A stretch of 64,000 bases of DNA. Source: Candidatus Levyibacteriota bacterium (GTDB lineage: Bacteria > Patescibacteriota > Microgenomatia > Levybacterales > UBA12049). Of the stretch, positions 1-10,197 are shown piece after piece; position 1 is the stretch's first letter; each line of letters begins with the position of its first letter. A program made the translations under genes and the position numbers. The notes under the pieces are model-generated. The model did no database searches. It saw nothing but the letters and a program-made list of their open reading frames with translations, and had not been told where the DNA came from. The DNA is taken from positions 560,236 to 624,235 of the forward strand of contig CP066685.1 in NCBI GenBank assembly GCA_016432345.1, given 5' to 3'.

Positions 1-499
1 TAATAAGTTCTCTTTGTCCCCGTCCAATTGGAATCATGGCATCAATGGCTTTGATGCCGGTTTTGAGTGGGGTGTTAACAGGCTCGCGTTCAACCACACC
101 TGCGGCAATTCGTTCGATGAACATGTCTTTGGTTTTTTTTATTTTTGGTTTGCCGTCAAGAGGAAGTCCTAAAGGATTTACCACTCTTCCCAATAAGTCT
201 TCTGATGCGCCGATGCTTAAAAGTTTTCCGGTTGTTTTAACTTTGTCTCCTTCTTTAATAGTAATGCCACTTCCTAGCAAAATAATCGAAACATTATCTT
301 CATCTAAGTTTAATACCACTCCCAAAGTGTCGTTTTCAAAGGCAACCAGTTCGCCGATCATGCTTTTGGAAAGTCCAGACGCCACAATCACACCATCATT
401 GTTTTTTTGGACAATTCCCACATTTTGTATGGTTGAATCGGCTGTAAAATGACTTAAACTTTTTTCCAATTGCGAAATAATATCTTTACTTTCAATCAT
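1..499 (-). CDS. atpA: F1 ATP synthase alpha subunit, N-terminal part (gene runs off left edge)
   Basis: Hand translation of the minus strand from ATG 499-497 gives MIESKDIISQLEKSLSHFTADSTIQNVGIVQKNNDGVIVASGLSKSMIGELVAFENDTLGVVLNLDEDNVSIILLGSGITIKEGDKV..., the AtpA N-terminal barrel pattern. The start overlaps the atpH stop (ATGATTGA). Position follows atpB-E-F-H. It is absent from the ORF track because no stop lies in the window; + ORF 36..452 is its antisense shadow. Confidence 0.85.
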   Translation of the reverse strand, partial: MIESKDIISQLEKSLSHFTADSTIQNVGIVQKNNDGVIVASGLSKSMIGELVAFENDTLGVVLNLDEDNVSIILLGSGITIKEGDKVKTTGKLLSIGASEDLLGRVVNPLGLPLDGKPKIKKTKDMFIERIAAGVVEREPVNTPLKTGIKAIDAMIPIGRGQRELI

Positions 500-848
500 A
501 ATTGTTTCTTATTCTGTTAAAGATTAAATCTAATGCTCCTTTGATGGTCATTTCATAAATAATATCATCTTTGGTAATTTTTATCCCGGCAATAAGTTGC
601 GAGTTAGTATTATAAGTAATTTTTTTATTCGGGAAAATTTCCTGCAGTTCGTCTTTTTGCTTGTCGTCAACTTCAAGCGCAGAGTCAATAGCGACAGATA
701 GATAAGATTCTCTTTGTTTTAATCCTTTTATATATTGTTTCAACATTGTTCTATTAAGTATTTTGGCAATTTTTTCAACTTTTTGCGGGTCTAGATTGCC
801 TTTAGTATAACTTGCTAAAACTAATTCTTTAATAATTTTTTTGGTCAT
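492..848 (-). CDS. atpH: F-type ATP synthase delta (OSCP-like) subunit, short form
   Basis: 118 aa ORF between atpF and atpA. The call rests mainly on operon position; it is short for a delta subunit. Confidence 0.65.
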   Translation of the reverse strand: MTKKIIKELVLASYTKGNLDPQKVEKIAKILNRTMLKQYIKGLKQRESYLSVAIDSALEVDDKQKDELQEIFPNKKITYNTNSQLIAGIKITKDDIIYEMTIKGALDLIFNRIRNNYD

Positions 849-849
849 A

Positions 850-1356
850 TCAATTATTTTTCTGTTTTATTTTTCTGGCTGCTGTTTTAACAATTTCGTG
901 TTGTTCTTTTTCCGAGAAAAGTCCGGTGAGTGATTTTTGCAAAAATTGCACTGCCAGTTCGCTAACATATGAAGATAAGGCAATTTTAGCTTCTTTTGTT
1001 TCATAAACAATTTGAGTTCTGGCCTCTTTTAATATTCTGTCTGCTTGGTTTTTGGCAACTTCTTCCGCTTGTTTGATAAGAAGTAATTTTTGTTCTTTTG
1101 TTTCATCCAATAGTTTTTTTGCCAACTTTTCGGCTTTTTGGAGCATGATTTTTTCTTTTTCAGCCGCTTTTTCTAAAAGCAATCTTCCTTCTTCTGCTTG
1201 CTGCAATCCTTTAGCAATGGTATTTTTCCGATCTTCCAAAGCAGAAAGCAGCGGCTTATACAAAAGTTTGCGCAGTAAAAATAACACAATTAAAAAATTA
1301 ATTACTTGCGCAATTAATAATTTTATATCAACGCCGAATGTATTTAATATCTCCAT
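850..1356 (-). CDS. atpF: F0 ATP synthase subunit b
   Basis: 168 aa with one N-terminal hydrophobic helix (LLIAQVINFLIVLFLL) followed by a long charged coiled coil. It lies between atpE and atpH. Confidence 0.8.
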   Translation of the reverse strand: MEILNTFGVDIKLLIAQVINFLIVLFLLRKLLYKPLLSALEDRKNTIAKGLQQAEEGRLLLEKAAEKEKIMLQKAEKLAKKLLDETKEQKLLLIKQAEEVAKNQADRILKEARTQIVYETKEAKIALSSYVSELAVQFLQKSLTGLFSEKEQHEIVKTAARKIKQKNN

Positions 1357-1357
1357 T

Positions 1358-1564
<207 letters not shown>

Positions 1565-2335
1565 TTAATTATTCACCTCCCTCGCATGCTCTTCTGCATG
1601 ATGCGGTGTTGTAAAAATAGTCATAAAGACAAATGTTAGCATAGAGAAAACCAGCGCCTGAACAAATCCAACAATTACTTCAAGCAACATAAATGGCAAC
1701 GGAAACAAAAAAGAAAATATATTGGATACTGTTGCTAAAACAACTTCTCCTGCATATATATTACCAAATAATCGAAAAGAAAGCGAGATCATTTTTGTAA
1801 ATTCAGAAACAACTTCAAGTAGTCCCACAAAAACAAAAATTGGCGCAAAGTAGATAGGAGAAAATGTAAAGAAATGACTAAAATATCCTTTAAGCCCTAA
1901 TGTTTTGATGCTCATAACGTGTGTTGCGACAAGCGAAATAATAGCCAATGCAAATGTGGTGTTTACATCGCTGGTAGCGCCTCTTATAAGTGGTATGAGC
2001 TCTTTTTTTCCATGTGATTCTTCAAAAAACCCAATTGAGGAAACACCTGGTAAAAGACCGCTCCAATTGGCGACTAAAATAAAAAGGAAAAAAGTCATAA
2101 AGTAAGGGAAAATTTGTTTTGTCCGTTCTCCGGCAATTGACGCAGTCATATCATAAAACGTCTCTAAAAGCATTTCTCCGGCATTTTGTAATTTAGATGG
2201 AAGCATGGTTATTTTTTTGGTAACTGCATATGTTGTCCCAATTAAAAATGAGTCAATAAGGAGTGTGTTAAGGATGGTGTTTGTGATAGGAAATGATCCA
2301 ATATGCGTAATAACTTCAGGTGCAAATGATGACAT
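1565..2335 (-). CDS. atpB: F0 ATP synthase subunit a
   Basis: 256 aa polytopic membrane protein with the conserved LSFRLFGNIYAGE motif. It is the first gene of the atp operon. Confidence 0.9.
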   Translation of the reverse strand: MSSFAPEVITHIGSFPITNTILNTLLIDSFLIGTTYAVTKKITMLPSKLQNAGEMLLETFYDMTASIAGERTKQIFPYFMTFFLFILVANWSGLLPGVSSIGFFEESHGKKELIPLIRGATSDVNTTFALAIISLVATHVMSIKTLGLKGYFSHFFTFSPIYFAPIFVFVGLLEVVSEFTKMISLSFRLFGNIYAGEVVLATVSNIFSFLFPLPFMLLEVIVGFVQALVFSMLTFVFMTIFTTPHHAEEHAREVNN

Positions 2336-2373
2336 AATTATTCTTACTATTTTATATTGAGAACGTAGCTAAG

Positions 2374-5300
2374 TCAAGATGCGAAGTGATTTGTGACGAC
2401 AATTTTTTCTGCAATAATCGCAATCTTTTCGTTTTTGGCATCAAGATGTCCCTCGATAACAATAACGCTATCTTTTATCAAATAACTTTTGTATTGTTCA
2501 AACACTTTTGGAAACACTACGCAGTCAATAGCGATTCCTTTTTCGTTTCCTACAGCTAAAAACGCCATTTCTGCCCCTGTTTTTTTGGTAAAAATTCTTC
2601 TTATTGCTTCAATGATGCCGCCTATTTTAACTGTGGCGCCGTCTTTTTCTTCGGAAAGTAAATCGAGCTGGTGGGTAATAATTGATTGAATTTGTAATAA
2701 GCGTTCCATTTGCGGGTGGGCAGTTAAATAAAATCCCAAGAGTTCTTTTTCAAAACCAAGTTTTTCTTCGAAAGAAAAATCGTCAACAATAACTTTAGAT
2801 GTTTTTTGGATTAGTTCTGGTTCGCTGTCACCAAAAAGCGATGCCTGGCCAGATTCTTTCTTCTTTTTTTTACTTATCATTTCGATAATGTCTGGGAATG
2901 TTAGCAGAAGCATTGCCCTTTTGCCAAATATATCAAACGCGCCTGCTTTGATAAGGCTTTCCATGGTTTTTTTGTTTACTTTTGCCAGATCCACTCGTTC
3001 ACAAAAATCATTGATGTTGGTAAATAGCCCTTTGCTGCGGGCAGAAAGGATTGTTTCTATAGCAGCTTCTCCAACATTTTTTATTGCCGAAAGGCCAAAG
3101 CGAATTTTTTTCTTATCTTCAATGGTAAAGTCGTTTTCCGAAGTATTAATGTCTGGAGGCAAGACTTCGATATTAAGTCTTTTACATTCGGCTACTGCTT
3201 GAGCTATTTTTTCGTTTTTAGTCGGCCCGGTGGTGCCACGGCTTTCAGCCGTTAGTACTGCCGTCATAAATTCTACAGGAAAATGGGCTTTTAAGTAGCC
3301 TGTGCGAAAAGCAATTGTGGCATAGCAGGCGGCATGGGCTTTGTTAAATCCATAGCCGGCAAAAGGGGCTATAAGTTCGTAAATTTCTTCTGCCTTTTTT
3401 TGCGACAAGCCATTAGCAACAACGCCTTTTAGAAATATTTCTTTTTGTTTTTTCATTTCAGACGGGATTTTTTTACCCATGGCTTTTCTAAATTTATCCG
3501 CATCCAGCCAGGTATAACCAGCAATAGCCATAGTGGTTAGCAATACATCGTCCTGGTAGGTTAAAATGCCGTAAGACTGTGATAGGATATCTTTTAGTCT
3601 TGGGTCCGGATAGGAAATAAGCTTTGGGTTGTGTTTACGGGCAATAAAATCGGGAATATTTTGCATTGGTCCTGGTCTGTATAATGCCACCATAGCCATA
3701 AGATCAAAAATAGTGGTTGGTTTTAATTCTTTAATGTAGCGGCGCATACCAGCTGATTCAAGTTGAAAAATGCCAGTTGTTTCGCCGCTGGCAAGCAAGG
3801 TATAAGTTTTTTTGTCATCAACCGGAACAACTGAAAGATCTATTTCCATTTCCTGATTTTGTTTAATAAAGCGCATAGCCTCTTCTATAATGGTTAAATT
3901 CCGCAGTCCCAAAAAATCCATTTTTAAAAGACCAACGCCATCTTCACCAACTGTGTACATGTCGTACTGGGTTACTATTTTATCTCCGTTTGTTTCTCGT
4001 TGCAGCGGCACATATTCCATTAAGGGTTTATCGGCAATTACCACGCCTGCGGCGTGCACCGACGCATGGCGAGCCACACCTTCTAGTTTTTTGGCAACAT
4101 CTAACAAACGTTTGGTGTCTGTTTCTGTTTCGTATGCCCGTTTTAGATCTGGGCTTTGCTGTAAAGCTGATTCAATTGTCATGGCATGCCCCTGCCAGCC
4201 GGGTGGAATCATTTTAGAAATCCTATCTGGTCCAGAATAGGGCATGCCAAGCGCCCGTCCAGCATCCCGAACCGCCCCCCGGGCTTCCATAGTACCAAAA
4301 GTAATAATTTGCGCCACTTTATCCTCGCCGTATTTTTCGGTAACATAAGCAATTACCTCATCCCGTCGTATATCGGCAAAATCAAGGTCTATATCCGGAG
4401 CGGATGGTCTAAAGGGATTTAAAAACCGTTCAAACGGCAGTTTAAAAAAGAAAGGATCAACATCTGTTATGCCTAAAGCATACGACACCACCGATCCAGC
4501 AGCCGATCCGCGGCCGGGGCCAACCGAGATGCCGTTTTTCTTTGCCCAGTTTACAAAATCAGCCACAATTAAAAAATACGTTTCGTAACCTTTTTTAAGA
4601 ATAACTGACAGCTCGTATTCAATTCTGTCTATAATTTCCGCTGTTACATCTTGGTAGCGATTTTTAAGACCTTGATTTACCAAAGATTTAAGATAATCAG
4701 AAGTTGGTATATTATTAGGTGGAGTAAATTTTGGCATAATCCATTTGCCTAGCGGAATTTCCACATTACACATGTCGGCTATTTTGACTGTATTTGCAAT
4801 GGCATCAGGAGTTAGGGTAAAAAGATTTATCATTTCTTCTTGGGATTTAATATAAAAATCAGGCGAGCCAATCATGGAAAGTTTTCTTTCTTTGTTTTCG
4901 ATAGTTGTTTGGGTTTGAATGCAAAGTAAAATTTCCTGCGCTTCGGCATCGTCTTTACCTGTGTAATGATTATCATTTGTGGCCACAATTGGCACGCCAT
5001 ATTTTCGGGAAATCTCAATCAGTTTTTCATTCAGCGGCTCTTGCGGAGGGATATTGAGATGTTTTTGTAGTTCCAGATAAAAATTTCCCTCACCATAGAT
5101 TTCCTGCAATTTTTTCATGCGATCTATTGCTACAGTTTCTTCGTTGTGGAGAAGTGGATCAGAAATATAGCCGTTAACACAGGCGGAAAGGCAAATAAGG
5201 CCTTCGTTGTATTTTGTAAGTAGTTCTATGTCTGTGCGTGGCTTGTAATAAAAACCATCGAGGTTAGAAATAGAAACAATCTTCATTAAATTTTTGTAGC

Positions 5301-5592
5301 CAGTATTGTTTTTTGCCAAAAGAATTAAATGGTTATAATCGTTGTCTACTCCTGCTTCTTTGTCGGTCAGTTTTCTTTTGGCCACATAAATTTCACATCC
5401 TATGATTGGTTTGATCCCTGCATCTAGGCAGGTTTTATAAAATTTTATGGTGCCATACATATTGCCATGATCGGTAATAGCCAAAGTCTTCATGCCCAGC
5501 TTTTTGGCATGCTCTACCATGGGTTTTATTTTCGAAAGCCCATCTAAAAGTGAGTACTCACTGTGGTTATGAAGATGCGCAAAGTCCGTCAT
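2374..5592 (-). CDS. dnaE: DNA polymerase III alpha subunit
   Basis: 1072 aa with the N-terminal PHP motif HLHNHSEYSLLDG, the core motifs GPGRGSAAGSVVSYALGITDVDP and GFNKAHAACYA, and an OB-fold tail. Confidence 0.95.
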   Translation of the reverse strand: MTDFAHLHNHSEYSLLDGLSKIKPMVEHAKKLGMKTLAITDHGNMYGTIKFYKTCLDAGIKPIIGCEIYVAKRKLTDKEAGVDNDYNHLILLAKNNTGYKNLMKIVSISNLDGFYYKPRTDIELLTKYNEGLICLSACVNGYISDPLLHNEETVAIDRMKKLQEIYGEGNFYLELQKHLNIPPQEPLNEKLIEISRKYGVPIVATNDNHYTGKDDAEAQEILLCIQTQTTIENKERKLSMIGSPDFYIKSQEEMINLFTLTPDAIANTVKIADMCNVEIPLGKWIMPKFTPPNNIPTSDYLKSLVNQGLKNRYQDVTAEIIDRIEYELSVILKKGYETYFLIVADFVNWAKKNGISVGPGRGSAAGSVVSYALGITDVDPFFFKLPFERFLNPFRPSAPDIDLDFADIRRDEVIAYVTEKYGEDKVAQIITFGTMEARGAVRDAGRALGMPYSGPDRISKMIPPGWQGHAMTIESALQQSPDLKRAYETETDTKRLLDVAKKLEGVARHASVHAAGVVIADKPLMEYVPLQRETNGDKIVTQYDMYTVGEDGVGLLKMDFLGLRNLTIIEEAMRFIKQNQEMEIDLSVVPVDDKKTYTLLASGETTGIFQLESAGMRRYIKELKPTTIFDLMAMVALYRPGPMQNIPDFIARKHNPKLISYPDPRLKDILSQSYGILTYQDDVLLTTMAIAGYTWLDADKFRKAMGKKIPSEMKKQKEIFLKGVVANGLSQKKAEEIYELIAPFAGYGFNKAHAACYATIAFRTGYLKAHFPVEFMTAVLTAESRGTTGPTKNEKIAQAVAECKRLNIEVLPPDINTSENDFTIEDKKKIRFGLSAIKNVGEAAIETILSARSKGLFTNINDFCERVDLAKVNKKTMESLIKAGAFDIFGKRAMLLLTFPDIIEMISKKKKKESGQASLFGDSEPELIQKTSKVIVDDFSFEEKLGFEKELLGFYLTAHPQMERLLQIQSIITHQLDLLSEEKDGATVKIGGIIEAIRRIFTKKTGAEMAFLAVGNEKGIAIDCVVFPKVFEQYKSYLIKDSVIVIEGHLDAKNEKIAIIAEKIVVTNHFAS

Positions 5593-6365
5593 ATTCTTGG
5601 TCGTTCGGGAATTATTACTTCATTGAAAGAAAAGTTTCTCCGATTTTTTTGTGCTATGTATCCTCTGTTTTTTCCTCCTCTTTTTGCAAAATCAAGGGCG
5701 ATATCAGCACGCTTGAATAAACTTTCTGTAGTATCTCCTGGAATCCACTGCGCAACTCCAAAACTGCATGTGATACGCCTCATAAGTTCATCATCTGGAA
5801 CAGTACTGATAGGAGTTCTATTATTTAGTAGATCTTCGCTTATTCCTTGGAGCGAGTATGAGTATCTTATTAAAATTTGTTTTATTCTTGCTGGAGTTAA
5901 TGATCCTTCTATCATTTGAGCAAATTCTTCTCCTCCTATGCGCGCGATTTCATCTGTTTCTCGAGCATTTAGTGTTTTCATGCATCGTAAGATAGCGTCT
6001 CCGCCCGGGTGGCCATATTGGGTATTTGCCATTTTAAAATTATCGTAATCCATAATGATCAGAAATAATGGTTTTTTTGTTCTATCACTTTCTCGTTCTT
6101 TTACTCTTCTTTCTAGCTCGTCATCAAACCACCTTCTTGATTTAAGACCTGTTAGAGGATCAATCATAGAAAGTTCTTGCGCCTTATGTAGTTCATCTCT
6201 AAGGCGTTGTCTAACAAGAGCAGCTGCTACTTTATCTCTTGCTCGTTGATGGAGATAAGCAATATCAGCATTAGGTTGTCTCTTTTCTAGTTCGTCTCTT
6301 TTTTCTAAGATGGCGGCAGTAATTTGTGGATTTTTGCTTAGTTTTAATTCTGTACGTTCAGCCAT
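5589..6365 (-). CDS. GGDEF-domain diguanylate cyclase, stand-alone
   Basis: 258 aa. A coiled-coil N-terminus is followed by DPLTGLKSRR, an active-site GGEEF, and RETD five residues upstream of it (RxxD I-site spacing). It overlaps the gatB stop by 8 nt and the dnaE start by 4 nt. Confidence 0.85.
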   Translation of the reverse strand: MAERTELKLSKNPQITAAILEKRDELEKRQPNADIAYLHQRARDKVAAALVRQRLRDELHKAQELSMIDPLTGLKSRRWFDDELERRVKERESDRTKKPLFLIIMDYDNFKMANTQYGHPGGDAILRCMKTLNARETDEIARIGGEEFAQMIEGSLTPARIKQILIRYSYSLQGISEDLLNNRTPISTVPDDELMRRITCSFGVAQWIPGDTTESLFKRADIALDFAKRGGKNRGYIAQKNRRNFSFNEVIIPERPRI

Positions 6366-7665
6366 AGCTATTTAGTTTTTTAATCAATAGTGTTTTTACT
6401 ATATTTGCATCTAGTTTTTGTTTAGATTTTTTCATGACTTGTCCAACTAAAAACATTATGACAGTTTCTTTGCCATTTTTGAAGTCCTCAACTGCTTTTT
6501 GGTTTTCGGAAATTACTTCGTCAATAATTTTTCCAAGTGATTCATCGTCTACTGTTGCGGTTTGGGTTGATTGAATAATTTGTTTAACAAGCATTGCCGG
6601 GAGAACCTCTTCGATATTAATCTTTTTGTTAATAATGTAATTAGCAATAGATTTAGGTTGTAGGGTTGAGACTTTGACACATTCTTCAAAATAGTCTGCC
6701 ATTGATTTTTCTCTTGTTAAAATTTCTGCATCATAGATTGGTAAGTCATATTCTTTTTGGAATCTTTTTAGTTTTGCGTCTGGTAATTCCGGCATTTGTT
6801 TCGCCAGCTGGCGGATTGATGATTTATTCCACCTTAGAGGTGGAATGTCCGGCTCTGGGAAATACCGATATTCATTTGCTTCTTCTTTTGTTCGTTGGGA
6901 ATATGTGATTTGTTTTTTTTCGTCCCATCCCCTGGTTTCCTGCGCCGGTAGTTTTCCGCTGTCCAATATTTCTGTTTGTCGTGTAATTTCATACTCTATA
7001 GTTTTTTCTACAAACCGAAAAGAGTTAATATTTTTTACTTCAACTTTATATTTTGGTAAATATTTTTCATCCTCTTTTCGGAGCGAAATATTCGGTTCCA
7101 ATCTCATGTCGCCTTTTTCCATATCGGCATTGGCTACATTCAAATACCTCACAATTTGTTGTAATTTTTGCAGGTATTCTTTAACATCTGCTGCATTATC
7201 AAAATCCGGCTCGGTAACTATTTCGACCAAAGGCACTCCCGATCTATTAAAATCGACCAAACTATCTTTTCCTTCGTGCATCAATTTGGCTGTATCTTCT
7301 TCCATGTGGACTCGTGTGATCCCTATTGTTTTGCCGTTTGAAAGTTTTATAGAACCTTTTAGACAAAATGGTTGGTCATATTGGCTAATTTGGTATCCTT
7401 TTGCGAGATCCGGATAAAAATAATTTTTGCGGTCAAACTTAGAAAACAGGGGAATTTCGCAATTTAGCGCCATGCCAATCATGACACACCAGTCAATGGC
7501 TTGTTGATTAGGTACTGGCAAAGCGCCTGGTAGTCCAAGACAGACAGGGCAGGTATGGGTGTTTGGTTTCTGGCCAAAATAGTCGGCACTGCACCCACAA
7601 AACATTTTGGATTTTGTTTTAAGCTCCACATGGATTTCTAGTCCGATAACTGGCGTGTATTTCAT
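6358..7665 (-). CDS. gatB: Asp/Glu-tRNA amidotransferase subunit B
   Basis: 435 aa with MKYTPVIGLEIHVEL and the CPVCLGLPGALP motif. It lies in gatC-A-B order. Confidence 0.95.
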   Translation of the reverse strand: MKYTPVIGLEIHVELKTKSKMFCGCSADYFGQKPNTHTCPVCLGLPGALPVPNQQAIDWCVMIGMALNCEIPLFSKFDRKNYFYPDLAKGYQISQYDQPFCLKGSIKLSNGKTIGITRVHMEEDTAKLMHEGKDSLVDFNRSGVPLVEIVTEPDFDNAADVKEYLQKLQQIVRYLNVANADMEKGDMRLEPNISLRKEDEKYLPKYKVEVKNINSFRFVEKTIEYEITRQTEILDSGKLPAQETRGWDEKKQITYSQRTKEEANEYRYFPEPDIPPLRWNKSSIRQLAKQMPELPDAKLKRFQKEYDLPIYDAEILTREKSMADYFEECVKVSTLQPKSIANYIINKKINIEEVLPAMLVKQIIQSTQTATVDDESLGKIIDEVISENQKAVEDFKNGKETVIMFLVGQVMKKSKQKLDANIVKTLLIKKLNSYG

Positions 7666-9074
7666 AGGTTAGGTTTTTGTTTGTGCCACTTTGTTGCTTG
7701 TTCAAATTGATATCCAGCATTTAAGATTTTATCTTCCGAAAACTGTGGGCCGATTAGCTGCATACCGATTGGTAGATTATTTTTGGAAAATCCACACGGT
7801 AACGCTAAAGATGGTACTCCAGCTAAATTAATTAGAACCGTATAAATATCAACTAAATACATTTGTAATGGATCATCTGTTTTTTCTCCAATTTTAAATG
7901 GAGGTGTGGGGGAAACTGGGGAAAGAATAACATCGCATTTTTCGAATGCTTTGGTAAAATCATTTTTAATCATGGTTCTAACCTGCATAGCTTTTTTGTA
8001 ATATGCATCGTAGTAGCCGGCGGATAAAGCATAAGTGCCAATCATAATTCTTCGTTTTGCTTCGTCTCCAAAACTACTCCGTTTGTTGCCGTATCTAATG
8101 CCGTCATAACGAGCCAAATTAGAACTTGTTTCGCTTGGGGCAATAATATAGTAGGTGGCAATACCGTATTCAACAGAAGGAATAGAAGCATCAACAATTT
8201 CAGCTCCTTGTGATGTCAGTGTTTTGATAGCCTCGTCAATTGTTTGTTTTACTTCAATGTCGAGTCCTTTACCAAAAAATTCTTTGGGTAGGCCAATACG
8301 AAGACCCCTGATGTTATTAGTTAAGTGTTTTGTGTACAGTGGAACATTCCTTGGAGAGCTTGTGGCATCTTTTTCGTCCCCGCCGGCAATAATTTCTAAA
8401 AGATAAGCTGCGTCTTCTACAGATTTTGTAATTGGTCCCATGGTGTCAAGGGAGGATGCGTAGGCAATTGCGCCATAACGGGAAACCCGGCCATAGGTAA
8501 CTTTTAGTCCAACGGTTGAACAAAATGATGCTGGAAGTCTTATTGACCCACCAGTGTCTTCACCAATTTCAAAAATTGTCATGTCCGATGCAAGTGCCGC
8601 AGTTGATCCACCGCTTGATCCTCCCGCTACATAGTCTTTGTTCCAGGGGTTTTTTGTAACACCAAAATCGGAATTTTCGGTAGATCCACCATGTCCCCAG
8701 GCATCGCAATTGGTTTTACCTAAAAGTATGGCGCCCGCATTAACTAATTTTTGATATACAGTTGCATTGTATGGGGGAATGTAATTATCTAAAACTTTTG
8801 ATCCGGCAGTTGTCCTCACGTTTTTCGTTGAATATACATCTTTCATGGAAAAAGGAATTCCAAGAAGTGGAGAAGTATCTCCATTTTTTAGTTTTTCATC
8901 TGCTTTTTTAGCAGCAGCAAGGGCTTTGTCTTTGCAAATAGTTAGAAAGGCGTTTAATTCTTTATTATGTTTTTCAATTTGCAAAAGACAGGCTTTTGTA
9001 AGTTCAACAGACGAAAACTTTTTTTCTTTTAATCCCTCTTTTGCTTCCGAGATTGTAAGTTGGTTTAAGTTCAT
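7662..9074 (-). CDS. gatA: Asp/Glu-tRNA amidotransferase subunit A
   Basis: 470 aa with the amidase signature GGSSGGSTAA. There are 4-nt overlaps with gatC and gatB. Confidence 0.95.
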   Translation of the reverse strand: MNLNQLTISEAKEGLKEKKFSSVELTKACLLQIEKHNKELNAFLTICKDKALAAAKKADEKLKNGDTSPLLGIPFSMKDVYSTKNVRTTAGSKVLDNYIPPYNATVYQKLVNAGAILLGKTNCDAWGHGGSTENSDFGVTKNPWNKDYVAGGSSGGSTAALASDMTIFEIGEDTGGSIRLPASFCSTVGLKVTYGRVSRYGAIAYASSLDTMGPITKSVEDAAYLLEIIAGGDEKDATSSPRNVPLYTKHLTNNIRGLRIGLPKEFFGKGLDIEVKQTIDEAIKTLTSQGAEIVDASIPSVEYGIATYYIIAPSETSSNLARYDGIRYGNKRSSFGDEAKRRIMIGTYALSAGYYDAYYKKAMQVRTMIKNDFTKAFEKCDVILSPVSPTPPFKIGEKTDDPLQMYLVDIYTVLINLAGVPSLALPCGFSKNNLPIGMQLIGPQFSEDKILNAGYQFEQATKWHKQKPNL

Positions 9075-9352
9075 GATTCTAAAATAGCAGGTACTTTGAA
9101 TAATCCATTGTGTTTTGAAGTAGTATTTGATAATGCTTCATCTTGTGTGAAAGATGGGGCGGTAATATCTTCCCTTGTTACATTTTCGAGTCCTGTCACC
9201 TGGCTGGTTGGTTCTATATTTTTTGTATCAACCTCATTTAGTTTTGCAATGTATTCCAAAATTGAAGAAAGCTGCTTCTCGAATTTCTTTTTTTCCTCGT
9301 CCGTTAGGGGTAAATTTGCCAATTTTGCCACATGTGCAACATCAATTTTCAT
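9071..9352 (-). CDS. gatC: Asp/Glu-tRNA amidotransferase subunit C
   Basis: 93 aa with VAKLANLPLTDEE typical of GatC. It is the first gene of gatCAB. Confidence 0.85.
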   Translation of the reverse strand: MKIDVAHVAKLANLPLTDEEKKKFEKQLSSILEYIAKLNEVDTKNIEPTSQVTGLENVTREDITAPSFTQDEALSNTTSKHNGLFKVPAILES

Positions 9353-9412
9353 GAATTTATTATATGCCTATCAATCCAAAACCGCAATGCTTAGGAGTAA
9401 CTTTTTGATAGC

Positions 9413-10186
9413 TTATTTTAGTTTTTTAATCATTACTTCGTGGGCTTGGAGTTCGAGGGAGTCGTCGAGTGGGGAGAGGGCAATTGTTTTTTTATATTTT
9501 TTCTCAAGCGCTAGTTTAATTATGTAATCTGCAAAATGAGGATTTTTGGGTAGGATTGGGCCGTGGAGGTAGGTTCCAAAGCTATTTTTATAAATTGCGC
9601 CTTCTGTACCATCTTCTTCATTATTCCCAAATCCTTTGATGACTTTTCCTAGTGGTTTTATATTTTTACCTAAATAAGTTCTTCCCCCATGATTTTCAAA
9701 CCCAACCATTGTATTTTTCCACCTTAGAGGTGGAATAGATACGCCACCTAGGGAAACAACGATGTTTCCGATGAGACGATCATGGTTCTCTCCAGGGTTT
9801 TCAGTATACAAATCGAGGATATCAAGGCCGGGGATAATAGTTTCATCTGCTTCTTTGTAGTATTTGCCTAAAAACTGGTATGCGCCACAGATATAGAGTC
9901 CTGGTATTCCATCTTCAATCATTTCTCTTAAATCTTTATTCTTTAATTTTAAATCTTTGGATACTATCTCTTGTTGCCTGTCTTGCGCCCCTCCCATAAA
10001 TAGTAGATGACACGCAGCAAGTAGCTTGTGGTCAAAACCAACATCGAGTTTTTTGACTTCAACTTTTATCCCCCGCCACTCACAGCGTTTTGAAAGCGCA
10101 ATGATATTTCCGCGGTCTCCATAGGTGCTCATGAGTTCTGGATAGAGCCAGCCGATTGTCAACTTGTATTTAGTATTATGTATCAT
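9413..10186 (-). CDS. gatD: Lipid II isoglutaminyl synthase, glutamine amidotransferase subunit (GatD-type)
   Basis: 257 aa CobB/CobQ-type GATase with nucleophile context LYICGAYQFLG. It sits immediately downstream of murT. Confidence 0.7.
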   Translation of the reverse strand: MIHNTKYKLTIGWLYPELMSTYGDRGNIIALSKRCEWRGIKVEVKKLDVGFDHKLLAACHLLFMGGAQDRQQEIVSKDLKLKNKDLREMIEDGIPGLYICGAYQFLGKYYKEADETIIPGLDILDLYTENPGENHDRLIGNIVVSLGGVSIPPLRWKNTMVGFENHGGRTYLGKNIKPLGKVIKGFGNNEEDGTEGAIYKNSFGTYLHGPILPKNPHFADYIIKLALEKKYKKTIALSPLDDSLELQAHEVMIKKLK

Positions 10187-10197
10187 GTATTAAGTAT

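Noticed and set aside
36-452. 138-aa + strand ORF at the left edge
   Set aside because: It is low-complexity Ser/Pro/Thr-rich and exactly antisense to a clean AtpA N-terminal reading frame on the minus strand.
492-494. Possibility of an alternative genetic code (UGA recoding, as in some candidate phyla)
   Set aside because: TGA terminates well-defined genes at family-appropriate lengths (atpH at 492-494, the ParB-like gene at 18775-18777). All conserved genes translate cleanly under the standard code.
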